Shown here piece after piece: positions 17,874 through 25,967 of a DNA stretch of 43,820 nucleotides (positions are counted from its first letter, which is position 1; the number at the start of each line of letters is the position of its first letter). The notes beneath the pieces are model-generated. The model searched no databases. It was not told the DNA's origin and worked only from the letters and a program-made list of their open reading frames with translations. Source of the DNA: a bacterium (GTDB lineage Bacteria > Electryoneota > Electryoneia > Electryoneales > Electryoneaceae); assembly GCA_043801585.1 (NCBI GenBank), contig JAZDLX010000064.1:1-43820 (forward strand), in the 5' to 3' direction. The translations under genes and the position numbers were made by a program.

Positions 17874-19349
17874 CTACTTCAACGTAATCAATTCCACCTG
17901 TTCCCAGGGGATATAGGTCGGGTCTTCCTTGTCGCCTTTGCCAAAGATCAGGATACCGTCATTCGCCTGCGAGACATCCTGCCCCCCCTCGAGACGAAGT
18001 GATTCACCGTTGTCGAGGACAACAGTGCAGCTGCTTCGGCTGCGAGGCCGAATTTCCTTGATCCGGATGAAGGGAATATTGAATTCGATGTCGAAAAAAT
18101 CGCCGTTCAGAATCTCCCAGGTTTCACCCTCATCGAGGTCGAAAACGAATTTACCCGTGTACGTTGTGCCGTCCGTGTCGGTGACGGTGCCCTCGAGCCT
18201 GCGCTCCTTGCTGAAATCGCTGTAGGCACGTCCGCTTTCGCCCTCGTCGTTAAAGACTGCTTTCTCGAACGCATCCCACGGAACCTTCAGACGGCCGTAC
18301 CGTTCATCCTCGACCATGATCCCGCGGATGGATCCATCCACGTCGTTGGTCCCCTCCAGGGAGAGTTTGCGTCCATCCTTCAGGACCACCCATGAGCTGC
18401 TGCGGCTCCGGCGCTCGATACTGCGGATGTTGCCGAAATCGATGGCGAGTTTGCCATCGTCCGACTCTCCATCAAGCTTGTCCGTGGAAAGGCATTCCTC
18501 GCTGTCCCACTGGATGTATCCTTTATAGTCGGCACCGTCTGCGGTCACCGTTCCAGAGAGGCGGTACCCGGCGGGGTTGACCGACTTGGGCGTTTCCATG
18601 AATTCAATGGTGTCGATTTTTCGCCAGTCAAGGCTGATGTCGCCGATGCTGTTGTCACGGACGCGGATGGTGCCGCCCACGTCGTTCGAGTAACCGGAGA
18701 CGGTGTAGGTCGTGCCGCTTTTCATCAGCAATTCGGCGTCTTCACTGCCGATCACCGTTATTTTCTGAATGTCACCGAAACGGGCGATGAAAATGCGCGA
18801 ACCGGTCCATCCGCCGACGTTGATATTGATTGCACCGCCAAGAACGGAAATTTTACGGCCGGCTTCCGCGATTTTCACCCGAGCGGCGTCACGCTCGAGG
18901 CCGGCACGTTCACTGCTGACTCTGTACCGTTCTGATGCCTTCTCCGAACGGCGCTCGGAATACTTCTGGCGGGTGTCTTCATCCTTTGTCCGCGCTTCAA
19001 GCTTTGCCAATCGTTCCTCTTCCTTGGCAAGCTGCTCTTCTTCACGTGCCAGCCGTCCAAGTTCATGGTCCAGGTCACGCAGGTTTCCGCGCTTGGAATC
19101 ACCCATTTTCTCGAGATACTCGGTGTAGGGGCGAGTCTCCTTGTAGGAGTGGAAAAGATCGTCCCAGAACGCTTCCTCGTCATCCCAGCGGAGAAGGCCG
19201 GTGTAGACATTGTTCGTTCGGGTGGTCACTTTCCCGTAGATGTACCCCTGCTTGGGATGTTTCGCTTCGGCCGGGGGGGCGCTCAGCAGCAGGGCTGCGG
19301 TCATAACGAGTAGCAGGGTTGCCGTTAGCGTGCGTGTGCGCACCATCAT
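17874..19349 (-). CDS. Secreted protein with three internal ~110-aa beta-rich repeats and a coiled-coil insertion
   Basis: Signal peptide (ends PAEA). The repeat motif GxVT..G..YxG...(W/F)D..E occurs three times. AAGGAG RBS. Confidence 0.8.
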   Translation of the reverse strand: MMVRTRTLTATLLLVMTAALLLSAPPAEAKHPKQGYIYGKVTTRTNNVYTGLLRWDDEEAFWDDLFHSYKETRPYTEYLEKMGDSKRGNLRDLDHELGRLAREEEQLAKEEERLAKLEARTKDEDTRQKYSERRSEKASERYRVSSERAGLERDAARVKIAEAGRKISVLGGAININVGGWTGSRIFIARFGDIQKITVIGSEDAELLMKSGTTYTVSGYSNDVGGTIRVRDNSIGDISLDWRKIDTIEFMETPKSVNPAGYRLSGTVTADGADYKGYIQWDSEECLSTDKLDGESDDGKLAIDFGNIRSIERRSRSSSWVVLKDGRKLSLEGTNDVDGSIRGIMVEDERYGRLKVPWDAFEKAVFNDEGESGRAYSDFSKERRLEGTVTDTDGTTYTGKFVFDLDEGETWEILNGDFFDIEFNIPFIRIKEIRPRSRSSCTVVLDNGESLRLEGGQDVSQANDGILIFGKGDKEDPTYIPWEQVELITLK

Positions 19350-19386
19350 ATACTCCTTTCACGGGGTTCTTTCCCCGTTCTATCGA

Positions 19387-20040
19387 CTACCAAAGTCTCA
19401 ACTCAACGTTGTCACGGGATGTGGACGTCTGTGCCGGCGAGGAGGCGGTCTGCGCGTCGGGGGTCGCCCCTTGCGGAGTGCGCTCACGCAGGGGTTCGCC
19501 ACGACGCTGTCCTTCGCCTGTCTGGAATCCATAGGCTTGCTGATTCACGACCTGCATCACCTCCAGCATTTTTCGCTGGTATCGTGGGTCAGCCTGAAGC
19601 AGCTCGGTGGTCAACTGGAGGAAGCGGGTCTCTGTCATTGAACCACGGTCGCTGGCAAGCTGAATCGTTCTTTGCTGGCTGTGGAAGAAGGGGACGTCCA
19701 CCTTCAGAAAACCGGAGAAGGAGAGTCCCACCGCAAGAAGGATCGTGGCGGCTGCCACCCAGGCACGAACCGGCACACGGTTGAACGGGATGATCCGGGA
19801 GCGAGGCTTCACATTCGCCTCGATCACGTTCCAGAGACCTTTGGGAGGGGTCACACCAGCCCGATCACCCTCGCCTGCGTGCAGGGTTGCCTGAAGAGCG
19901 CGGGAATCCAGCCAGAACCGGCGGAGGCCGGGATTACGGACGAGAGCGTCAATGGCTCGCCGCAACGGCTCGCCATCCAGCTCGCCGTCCACAATCGCGG
20001 ACAGGTCCGCTTCGTACCGTTCGCTCTGTTCAGTGTTCAT
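19387..20040 (-). CDS. Putative membrane-anchored anti-sigma factor
   Basis: RseA-like N-terminal LSAIVDGEL, single TM (AWVAAATILLAVGLSF), ATGA overlap with the ECF sigma stop. Confidence 0.75.
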   Translation of the reverse strand: MNTEQSERYEADLSAIVDGELDGEPLRRAIDALVRNPGLRRFWLDSRALQATLHAGEGDRAGVTPPKGLWNVIEANVKPRSRIIPFNRVPVRAWVAAATILLAVGLSFSGFLKVDVPFFHSQQRTIQLASDRGSMTETRFLQLTTELLQADPRYQRKMLEVMQVVNQQAYGFQTGEGQRRGEPLRERTPQGATPDAQTASSPAQTSTSRDNVELRLW

Positions 20041-20597
20041 GGCTCCAACTCCACATCTAAAAAACCACTGTCTTTCAGATGATCGATCACCTTCCGCCGG
20101 GCACGGTGGACGTTGATCTTCACCTGCGCCAGGTTCCATCCGGTCGTCCTGGCGATGTCGTTGTAGGCGCGTCCCTCGAGCACCCCAAGCCGGAATGCGA
20201 CCTGGTACCGCTCGTGCAGCGTGTCAAGAACCGTTTGGACTGCCTCGTTCAAGTCGTTGGCTTCAGCCTCCAGGTCGGGGGAGATCATCCCCTCATCCGC
20301 GATCCGGTCAAGAGAGTTGATCCCATCCGGACCGGTTAGGCTTGTAGCGGTGTCCGGCCGGAGCTTGCGGACATGGTTGACCATCAGGTTGTGCGCAATC
20401 GAAAACAGGTAGGATTTCACCTTGGTTTCATCGCGCAGCGCCTTGCGTGAACGGATTGCCCGGACAAAGGTTTCCTGTAGCAGGTCTTCCGCATCCGCAC
20501 GGTGGCCGAGCCGATTGACAAGGAACGCGAGCACGGGAGGTCCGTACTCTTCATAGGCAGCGTGCCAGTACTCAAGATTTCCGGGACTTCCCTCCAT
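20037..20597 (-). CDS. ECF (sigma-70 family) RNA polymerase sigma factor
   Basis: Region 2 DAEDLLQETF and YLFSIAHN; region 4 YNDIA...VKINVHRARRK. GGGGAGAGG RBS before ATG 20597. Confidence 0.92.
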   Translation of the reverse strand: MEGSPGNLEYWHAAYEEYGPPVLAFLVNRLGHRADAEDLLQETFVRAIRSRKALRDETKVKSYLFSIAHNLMVNHVRKLRPDTATSLTGPDGINSLDRIADEGMISPDLEAEANDLNEAVQTVLDTLHERYQVAFRLGVLEGRAYNDIARTTGWNLAQVKINVHRARRKVIDHLKDSGFLDVELEP

Positions 20598-20613
20598 CCT
20601 CTCCCCAGAAAGT

Positions 20614-20706
20614 GAATTAAAAGGACACATTACTTAATTCAGTTCTTCTACATCAGCTGGTTATCGGAATTGGTAGTATGAATTAAGTAATGTGTCCCTT
20701 TAATTC
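20614..20706. repeat. Long inverted repeat (28-bp arms, 37-nt spacer), MITE/REP-like
   Basis: GAATTAAAAGGACACATTACTTAATTCA versus the reverse complement of TGAATTAAGTAATGTGTCCCTTTAATTC, 1 mismatch. TCCCCAG direct repeats at 20602-20608 and 20714-20720. Confidence 0.85.
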
Positions 20707-20748
20707 TTCACTGTCCCCAGGTCTTATGGGGTTTCCCGCTCCGAAAGT

Positions 20749-20776
20749 AGGACAGTTTTTCCGGTGTACGGTTACA
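20749..20776 (-). promoter_or_regulatory. Candidate ECF-type promoter upstream of the ECF sigma gene
   Basis: Minus strand TGTAAC-N16-TGTCCT, matching the AAC / GTC pattern of ECF promoters. Confidence 0.55.
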
Positions 20777-20854
20777 AGGGAGCAGGAGCGCACAAGAGCC
20801 TCTCGAGTATCTGCGGATAGTGCATTTGGAAGGAAAATCTTGCGGCGAAAACGT

Positions 20855-20880
20855 GTAGCCTGGCATCACCACATGCCGGG
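20855..20880 (+). repeat. REP-like element (GTAG + palindrome)
   Basis: GTAG-CCTGGCAT-caccac-ATGCCGGG. Confidence 0.55.
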
Positions 20881-20887
20881 GAATCAC

Positions 20888-20931
20888 TGTCATTGCGAGG
20901 GTTCCGTCAGTATGGAACCCGAAGCAATCTC
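20888..20931 (+). repeat. GTCATTGCGAG...GAAGCAATCTC palindromic element
   Basis: TGTCATTGCGAGGGTTCC-gtcagtat-GGAACCCGAAGCAATCTC. The ends match a widespread intergenic palindrome type recalled from other bacteria. Confidence 0.55.
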
Positions 20932-20966
20932 GCAGTAAAGGTAACCTGCCGGGGAATTTCTGGGTG

Positions 20967-21530
20967 CTAAATCTGGAACTCACTGTTCTTTTTAGTCTTG
21001 CGAACCAGCATCACAACCAGCGCGATGCCCACCGGGAATGCCAGCAGCGAGGTGAGGGCACCTGGGAAGTATCCCCCGTTACGATAACTCAACCAGGCGT
21101 GCAGCAGGCCGTTCCCGATCCCGCCAACGAGGGCCAGGAACCACACTGCGAGCAGGGCAAGCCGGACGTTTTTCCGCACCCCGACCGCAGCAACGATCAA
21201 TACTACCAACCAGACAACGTTGAACGTGGCGAACTGGGCAGATGTCCAACTCTCCCCGTAGATCCCCGGAAAGGCCGTGTAGAATGCTGTCGCATACTCC
21301 TCAAGAAAATGGAAGGTTTGCACGGCAATCGCTGCGGCGAACAGGGGGAAAATCCTTGGCTTGATGGGGTGCGCGACCGGGTACGCGATCAGCCACGCAA
21401 TGAAGGAAACGAACAGCCCGAAGTTCAACCCTTTGACGACCGGCCCCATCAGCAACCAGTTCAGCGTAATGGCGATGACGGTGAGTAGCAGCCCGAGCGC
21501 GATTTCCAGGGATATTTGCTTATTCGTCAT
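20967..21530 (-). CDS. HXXEE domain membrane protein
   Basis: HFLEEY motif, N..H and YFPGALTS segments, multiple TM helices. Confidence 0.82.
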   Translation of the reverse strand: MTNKQISLEIALGLLLTVIAITLNWLLMGPVVKGLNFGLFVSFIAWLIAYPVAHPIKPRIFPLFAAAIAVQTFHFLEEYATAFYTAFPGIYGESWTSAQFATFNVVWLVVLIVAAVGVRKNVRLALLAVWFLALVGGIGNGLLHAWLSYRNGGYFPGALTSLLAFPVGIALVVMLVRKTKKNSEFQI

Positions 21531-21574
21531 CGCGAACCGCCTTTCGTCGGGAAACTCTTCGACCGGATTACCCG

Positions 21575-21624
21575 GGACAGTTTACTCACATTTCAGTCTA
21601 AGCGAAAATACGAGTATACTGTCC
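21575..21624. repeat. Inverted repeat GGACAGT(T/A)TACTC, related to the 20614 and 32797 elements
   Basis: GGACAGTTTACTC (21575-21587) / GAGTATACTGTCC (21612-21624), 1 mismatch in 13, extendable inward with further mismatches. Confidence 0.6.
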
Positions 21625-21658
21625 TTGAAGTTTAGCAAATTCAGAACTGTAATTCATC

Positions 21659-21687
21659 TGTAACGTTATTAAAGAACAAGGTGTCCT
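21659..21687 (+). promoter_or_regulatory. Candidate ECF-type promoter upstream of the ABC permease
   Basis: TGTAAC-N17-TGTCCT, the same two hexamers as upstream of the ECF gene. Confidence 0.45.
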
Positions 21688-21787
21688 GCAGACAGGAATG
21701 TACGAAGTTCGCCGACCCGCACGCTGGCGGTCGGCAAGTTACTTATATTAATAATGTTGAGCCGATCCACCACACCTCGAGCATTCC

Positions 21788-24190
21788 ATGAATTCCCTTC
21801 TGGTTTCCATTGGCCGGATGATCCGCAGAGACAGACTTTACCTGCTGATCAGCGTCAGCGGACTCGCTCTCGGAATGGCTGTTTTTCTATTGATGATGGC
21901 GTATGTGCGTGACGATCTCGCCTGGGACAGCATACATGAAAAAGGTGACCGTATCTGCCGGGTTATCCAGCCACGTTCGTTTGAAGGCATGGGAGAAGTT
22001 GTTGCGGCATCGGTCCCGATTGCCCTCGGACCAGCGCTCAAGGAAAAGATTCCGGAAATCGTCGACATGACTCGCGATTTCGGTCTGGGTCAGTTTTTCA
22101 TGCAAAATGGAAATCACCAGGGGATCTATGTACAGGACACACGGTTTGTCGATACGAGTTTCTTCAACATTTTCACGTTTCCCTTTGTCTATGGTACCCC
22201 TGAAAACGCCTGGCCTGTCAAACGATCGATCGTGCTGGAAAAGAAGACCGCCAATCAACTATTTGGTGATGTCAATCCGGTTGGTAAGGCACTCACGATC
22301 TCGGACACGTTGACCTACACCGTTTCCGCGGTTGTCGACGTGCCGGAAACGGGAACCCATCTGGGCTTCGATGCCTTGATTCCTGTTGAACCAGCCGCCG
22401 CGGATTTTGGGTTTTCTCAGGAATGGCAGTATAACAATTTCGTCAATGTCTATACGCTGCTTGCTGAAGGTGCTGATGTCAATGAAGTCTCGGAAAAAAT
22501 TAAGCACTTCATGAATGATTATATCAATACTCCGATTGTCAATTCGATCAGTCTTTACCTGCAGCCACTGCGAGACATCCACCTGCACTCGATGAACATC
22601 GGAGGACGGCAGATTCATCCAGGTAACGCCACCGTCACCATGGTGTTTGCGATCATTGCCGTTCTGGTTCTGGCGTTGGCGGTGATCAACCACATCAACC
22701 TTTCCACGGCGAGATCCATCCGTCGGGCACGGGAAATAGGGATTCGCAAAACGGTCGGTGCGAACCGCCGTCAACTCATCCGGCAATTGATGGGTGAGTC
22801 GATTCTGGTGGTCACCTTCGCTGCTGTCCTCGCTTCAATTGCTGCACTCCTGCTGCAACCGGTGTTTGAGGAGGTCGTCGGAAGGAAAGTTGGCTTTCAA
22901 CTTTTCGATGGGGTGTTTTTCAGCGGTGTGCTTCTTGGTATGATTCCCATTGTTGGAATCCTTGCGGGATTTTACCCGGCGCTTGTCATCTCTTCGCTGA
23001 AACCCGTCTCCATTCTGGGAAGTGCAGGGGCGGGCTTTGTATCTCGAAGTGTGCTCCGCCGTGTCCTGATCGTTTTTCAATTTGTGGTGTCGGTAGCAAT
23101 CGTTATTACGACCGTGATGATTTACAAACAGGTTCGTTTCAGTATGTCAATGAATCCCGGATTCAACAGGGATCAGGTATGGGAGATTCAGCTTCACGAC
23201 GATTTTATGTGCGAGCATTCCTATGAACTGCGTGACCGGATCTCGGCGTTGAATGGAGTAGAGACGGCAAGCAGTTGTTCCGACTACCTTGTCGGACCAA
23301 CTCAATCCTGGTCGATGAAACCCGAGGGAACTCAATCAGAGAACTGGGTAGCATCAGTCTATGTGATGGATCCAAACGGGATGGACGTCTTCGGTTTCAA
23401 ATTGCTCAAAGGAAGATTTCTTTCCTGGAACCATCCAGGAGATCCCATAGGAAACGAGGATTCAGAGGGATCGATCGTCATCACTGAAGCAACCGCTCGA
23501 GATCTCGGTTGGGAAAATCCCATTGGCAAAACATTCGACATCTGGGGTCGGTTCAAGGTCACCGTTGTTGGTGTCATCGGTGATATTCGGTTTCAATCCG
23601 CCCGCCATAAAACAGAACCTATCGTCATTCTCCAAAGAAATGCATATTGGGATGGGCAATTCATTGCTGTTAGGTTGAAGGGCGGGATGATCCATGAGAC
23701 AATTCAACAGATTGAGGAGATTTGGAAAAACGAGTTCCCTGGCAGGCCGATCACCTCATCCTTTGTTGATGACCACGTTGAGTCACTCTATCGAACTGAC
23801 GAAAAGCTGGGGAACACTCTACTCGCGTTCACGGTTGTTACGTTCTTCATCGCATTTCTTGGCCTGCTGGGTCTGGCGGTTCATTCAACCGAACGCCGCA
23901 GCCGTGAAATCGCGATCCGCAAGGTGCTCGGCGCTTCCCTCGCCAATGTCAATCTGCTTGTCGTGTCGGAGTTTGCGCGTCTGATCCTGATCGCGAACCT
24001 GATCGCCTGGCCTCTTGCCTGGTGGTTCACAAACCGCTGGCTCAAAGGTTTCGACTACAGGATGAAGATGGATTGGTCCGTATTCCTGATCGCAGGATTC
24101 GGAACACTGATGATAGCTTTCGTGATCGTCACCATTCAGGCGTGGCACACGGTCAACCGCAATCCTGCGGAAGTGATTCGGGACGAGTGA
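21788..24190 (+). CDS. ABC transporter permease, duplicated MacB-periplasmic/FtsX type
   Basis: Two MacB-like halves with RRAREIGIRKTVGA and RRSREIAIRKVLGA motifs; C-terminal NPAEVIRDE. Confidence 0.92.
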   Translation: MNSLLVSIGRMIRRDRLYLLISVSGLALGMAVFLLMMAYVRDDLAWDSIHEKGDRICRVIQPRSFEGMGEVVAASVPIALGPALKEKIPEIVDMTRDFGLGQFFMQNGNHQGIYVQDTRFVDTSFFNIFTFPFVYGTPENAWPVKRSIVLEKKTANQLFGDVNPVGKALTISDTLTYTVSAVVDVPETGTHLGFDALIPVEPAAADFGFSQEWQYNNFVNVYTLLAEGADVNEVSEKIKHFMNDYINTPIVNSISLYLQPLRDIHLHSMNIGGRQIHPGNATVTMVFAIIAVLVLALAVINHINLSTARSIRRAREIGIRKTVGANRRQLIRQLMGESILVVTFAAVLASIAALLLQPVFEEVVGRKVGFQLFDGVFFSGVLLGMIPIVGILAGFYPALVISSLKPVSILGSAGAGFVSRSVLRRVLIVFQFVVSVAIVITTVMIYKQVRFSMSMNPGFNRDQVWEIQLHDDFMCEHSYELRDRISALNGVETASSCSDYLVGPTQSWSMKPEGTQSENWVASVYVMDPNGMDVFGFKLLKGRFLSWNHPGDPIGNEDSEGSIVITEATARDLGWENPIGKTFDIWGRFKVTVVGVIGDIRFQSARHKTEPIVILQRNAYWDGQFIAVRLKGGMIHETIQQIEEIWKNEFPGRPITSSFVDDHVESLYRTDEKLGNTLLAFTVVTFFIAFLGLLGLAVHSTERRSREIAIRKVLGASLANVNLLVVSEFARLILIANLIAWPLAWWFTNRWLKGFDYRMKMDWSVFLIAGFGTLMIAFVIVTIQAWHTVNRNPAEVIRDE

Positions 24191-24219
24191 GTCTGCTTCT
24201 GAGAACGATATAAAGAATC

Positions 24220-25668
24220 CTATTTCAACAGAGTAATCCGCCGCGCGAATTGCTGACCGTCCGCGTCAAGTCTGACGATGTACGTCCCTGTGGCGACTGT
24301 TGAGGCAGGGCGCCATTGCACCTGATGGATTCCCGGTGAACTCTCTCCGTCCACCAGCCTTGCCACTTCCCGGCCCAGCAGATCACTCACTGTCACTCTC
24401 ACAACTGAAGCGTGGGCCTGAGCGAAGCTGATTGTCGTACTTCCATTGAACGGATTGGGCCACGGCGTATGAAGAATGAACTGGGCGGGGAGCGAATGAC
24501 CATGCTCGCGAAGTGACCTTGTCAGTACGGTATCGATCCCGGTAACCATGCAGCGGAATTCAGTGCTGTCGCTTATCGCATCGTACTCGTCCCAGATCAG
24601 ATATTTTGCGGAAACAGTTTGTGTCCATTGATCTAATGGATTCGGATTGGATTGTCTCCATATGGCTTGCAGGTAACGAAGCTTTCCAACTTCACCGTTC
24701 ACGCACAGGCTGTCATGTTCGGTTCCGTTAAACCAGTGTATCCAATTTAGCTCGCTTCCTGCGCTGACAAAGGTAAATTCGATATCGGATGAATCGGTGG
24801 CTGTTTCGCTTGGAAACAAGGGCATCAGGGAGTGAATGCTGTCTCCCGCCGAAGAGCTGAAGAGAACGTTGAAGACTGAGTCGCTGGATGAATTTGTCTC
24901 CAGGATAATTTCACGGACGCCGGAATCGAGGACCTTGAAAAGACGAAGAAAAGACGGCATGTTGAATAATGGAAGAGGAAAATAGACTGCTTCCACAAGG
25001 GATTTATTCAGGTAATAGCCCGGCATCACGTAGTGGATTGCCTCGTGGGGAGAAAATGACGAAACCTCAAGGATTTCCTCCGTCGTGGTTACCTGTACAC
25101 GAGCTTCATCTGTGAAACCCTGGAAAGGGGTCAGACCTACCGAAAAAATCGAGCCGGTGAATAGCACTGTCGGCGTTCCGGTGGTGAGATCGAGCAGGTT
25201 TCGTTCTTCAGGATTAACCGTTCCGGTGAGTCCCACAAAAAACGAAGAAGACATGCCCTCGATGGAAAAAACCTCTTCCAATTCGGGTAAAGTCATCAGA
25301 GAGTCCGCTCCTTCAGAGGCAGGGTTAACCTGAAAGACAGTCCCCTCATGGTCCAGAAAGACGTCGTACCCGAACGACCTCAGCGGGAGGGTGACTTTGT
25401 CCGGCAGGGAAAATGAATAATTGTCGTACTGCTGCCCGGTCCAATCGAAATGGACACTGCGGAGTTGATCGTTCCAGACACCGATAATCGAAATGACAGA
25501 TTCTGATTCGATATATGGAATATCCCCAAGGGACGAAGTCAACGTGGTGGCTTCCCAATCAGACCAACGGCCGTTCTCGGAAGCAATCAACTGTGTTTCG
25601 GAACCATAAATGCCCACAGGAGGGGGGATCAAAAGCAGTAGAAACAGAACGAGAATTGGCTTTTTCAT
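24220..25668 (-). CDS. Secreted protein with T9SS type A-like C-terminal sorting domain
   Basis: N-terminal signal peptide; C-terminal PWPNPFNGSTTISF...DLLGREVARL...GTYIVRL...RRITLLK. Confidence 0.85.
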   Translation of the reverse strand: MKKPILVLFLLLLIPPPVGIYGSETQLIASENGRWSDWEATTLTSSLGDIPYIESESVISIIGVWNDQLRSVHFDWTGQQYDNYSFSLPDKVTLPLRSFGYDVFLDHEGTVFQVNPASEGADSLMTLPELEEVFSIEGMSSSFFVGLTGTVNPEERNLLDLTTGTPTVLFTGSIFSVGLTPFQGFTDEARVQVTTTEEILEVSSFSPHEAIHYVMPGYYLNKSLVEAVYFPLPLFNMPSFLRLFKVLDSGVREIILETNSSSDSVFNVLFSSSAGDSIHSLMPLFPSETATDSSDIEFTFVSAGSELNWIHWFNGTEHDSLCVNGEVGKLRYLQAIWRQSNPNPLDQWTQTVSAKYLIWDEYDAISDSTEFRCMVTGIDTVLTRSLREHGHSLPAQFILHTPWPNPFNGSTTISFAQAHASVVRVTVSDLLGREVARLVDGESSPGIHQVQWRPASTVATGTYIVRLDADGQQFARRITLLK

Positions 25669-25931
25669 ATCAACCCCCATGAGATAGAAAACGGAGAACA
25701 ATGTGTACCAGTATCTGATTCAATGCATTCTCTTGAAAGGTAGGTTGAACTTGTAAATAAATCAACAAATCGCCTTGAAACGAAAACACCGAAAGCAACG
25801 CTGTGCGGAGCATACTGGTATGAAATGGCGTTCGGTAAAGGTGTCAGTTTAGATGTCCGCTATATGATCTTCACCGCTGGCGATTTTCCTATCAGATGGT
25901 CGGGCATTCCCCGCGTCTCGGTCCTTGTGAC

Positions 25932-25960
25932 TTGCCGATCTCGCCGTCCGGCGCTACCTT
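25932..25960 (+). promoter_or_regulatory. Candidate sigma-70 promoter of the amidase gene
   Basis: TTGCCG-N17-TACCTT ending 7 nt before ATG 25968. Confidence 0.45.
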
Positions 25961-25967
25961 TTGCGCG

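Noticed and set aside
17639..17887. Second selenoprotein by UGA readthrough from 17288-17641 into the in-frame ORF 17645-17887
   Set aside because: There is no redox-motif context around the UGA, the extension is not protein-like, and it runs through a terminator into the convergent gene.
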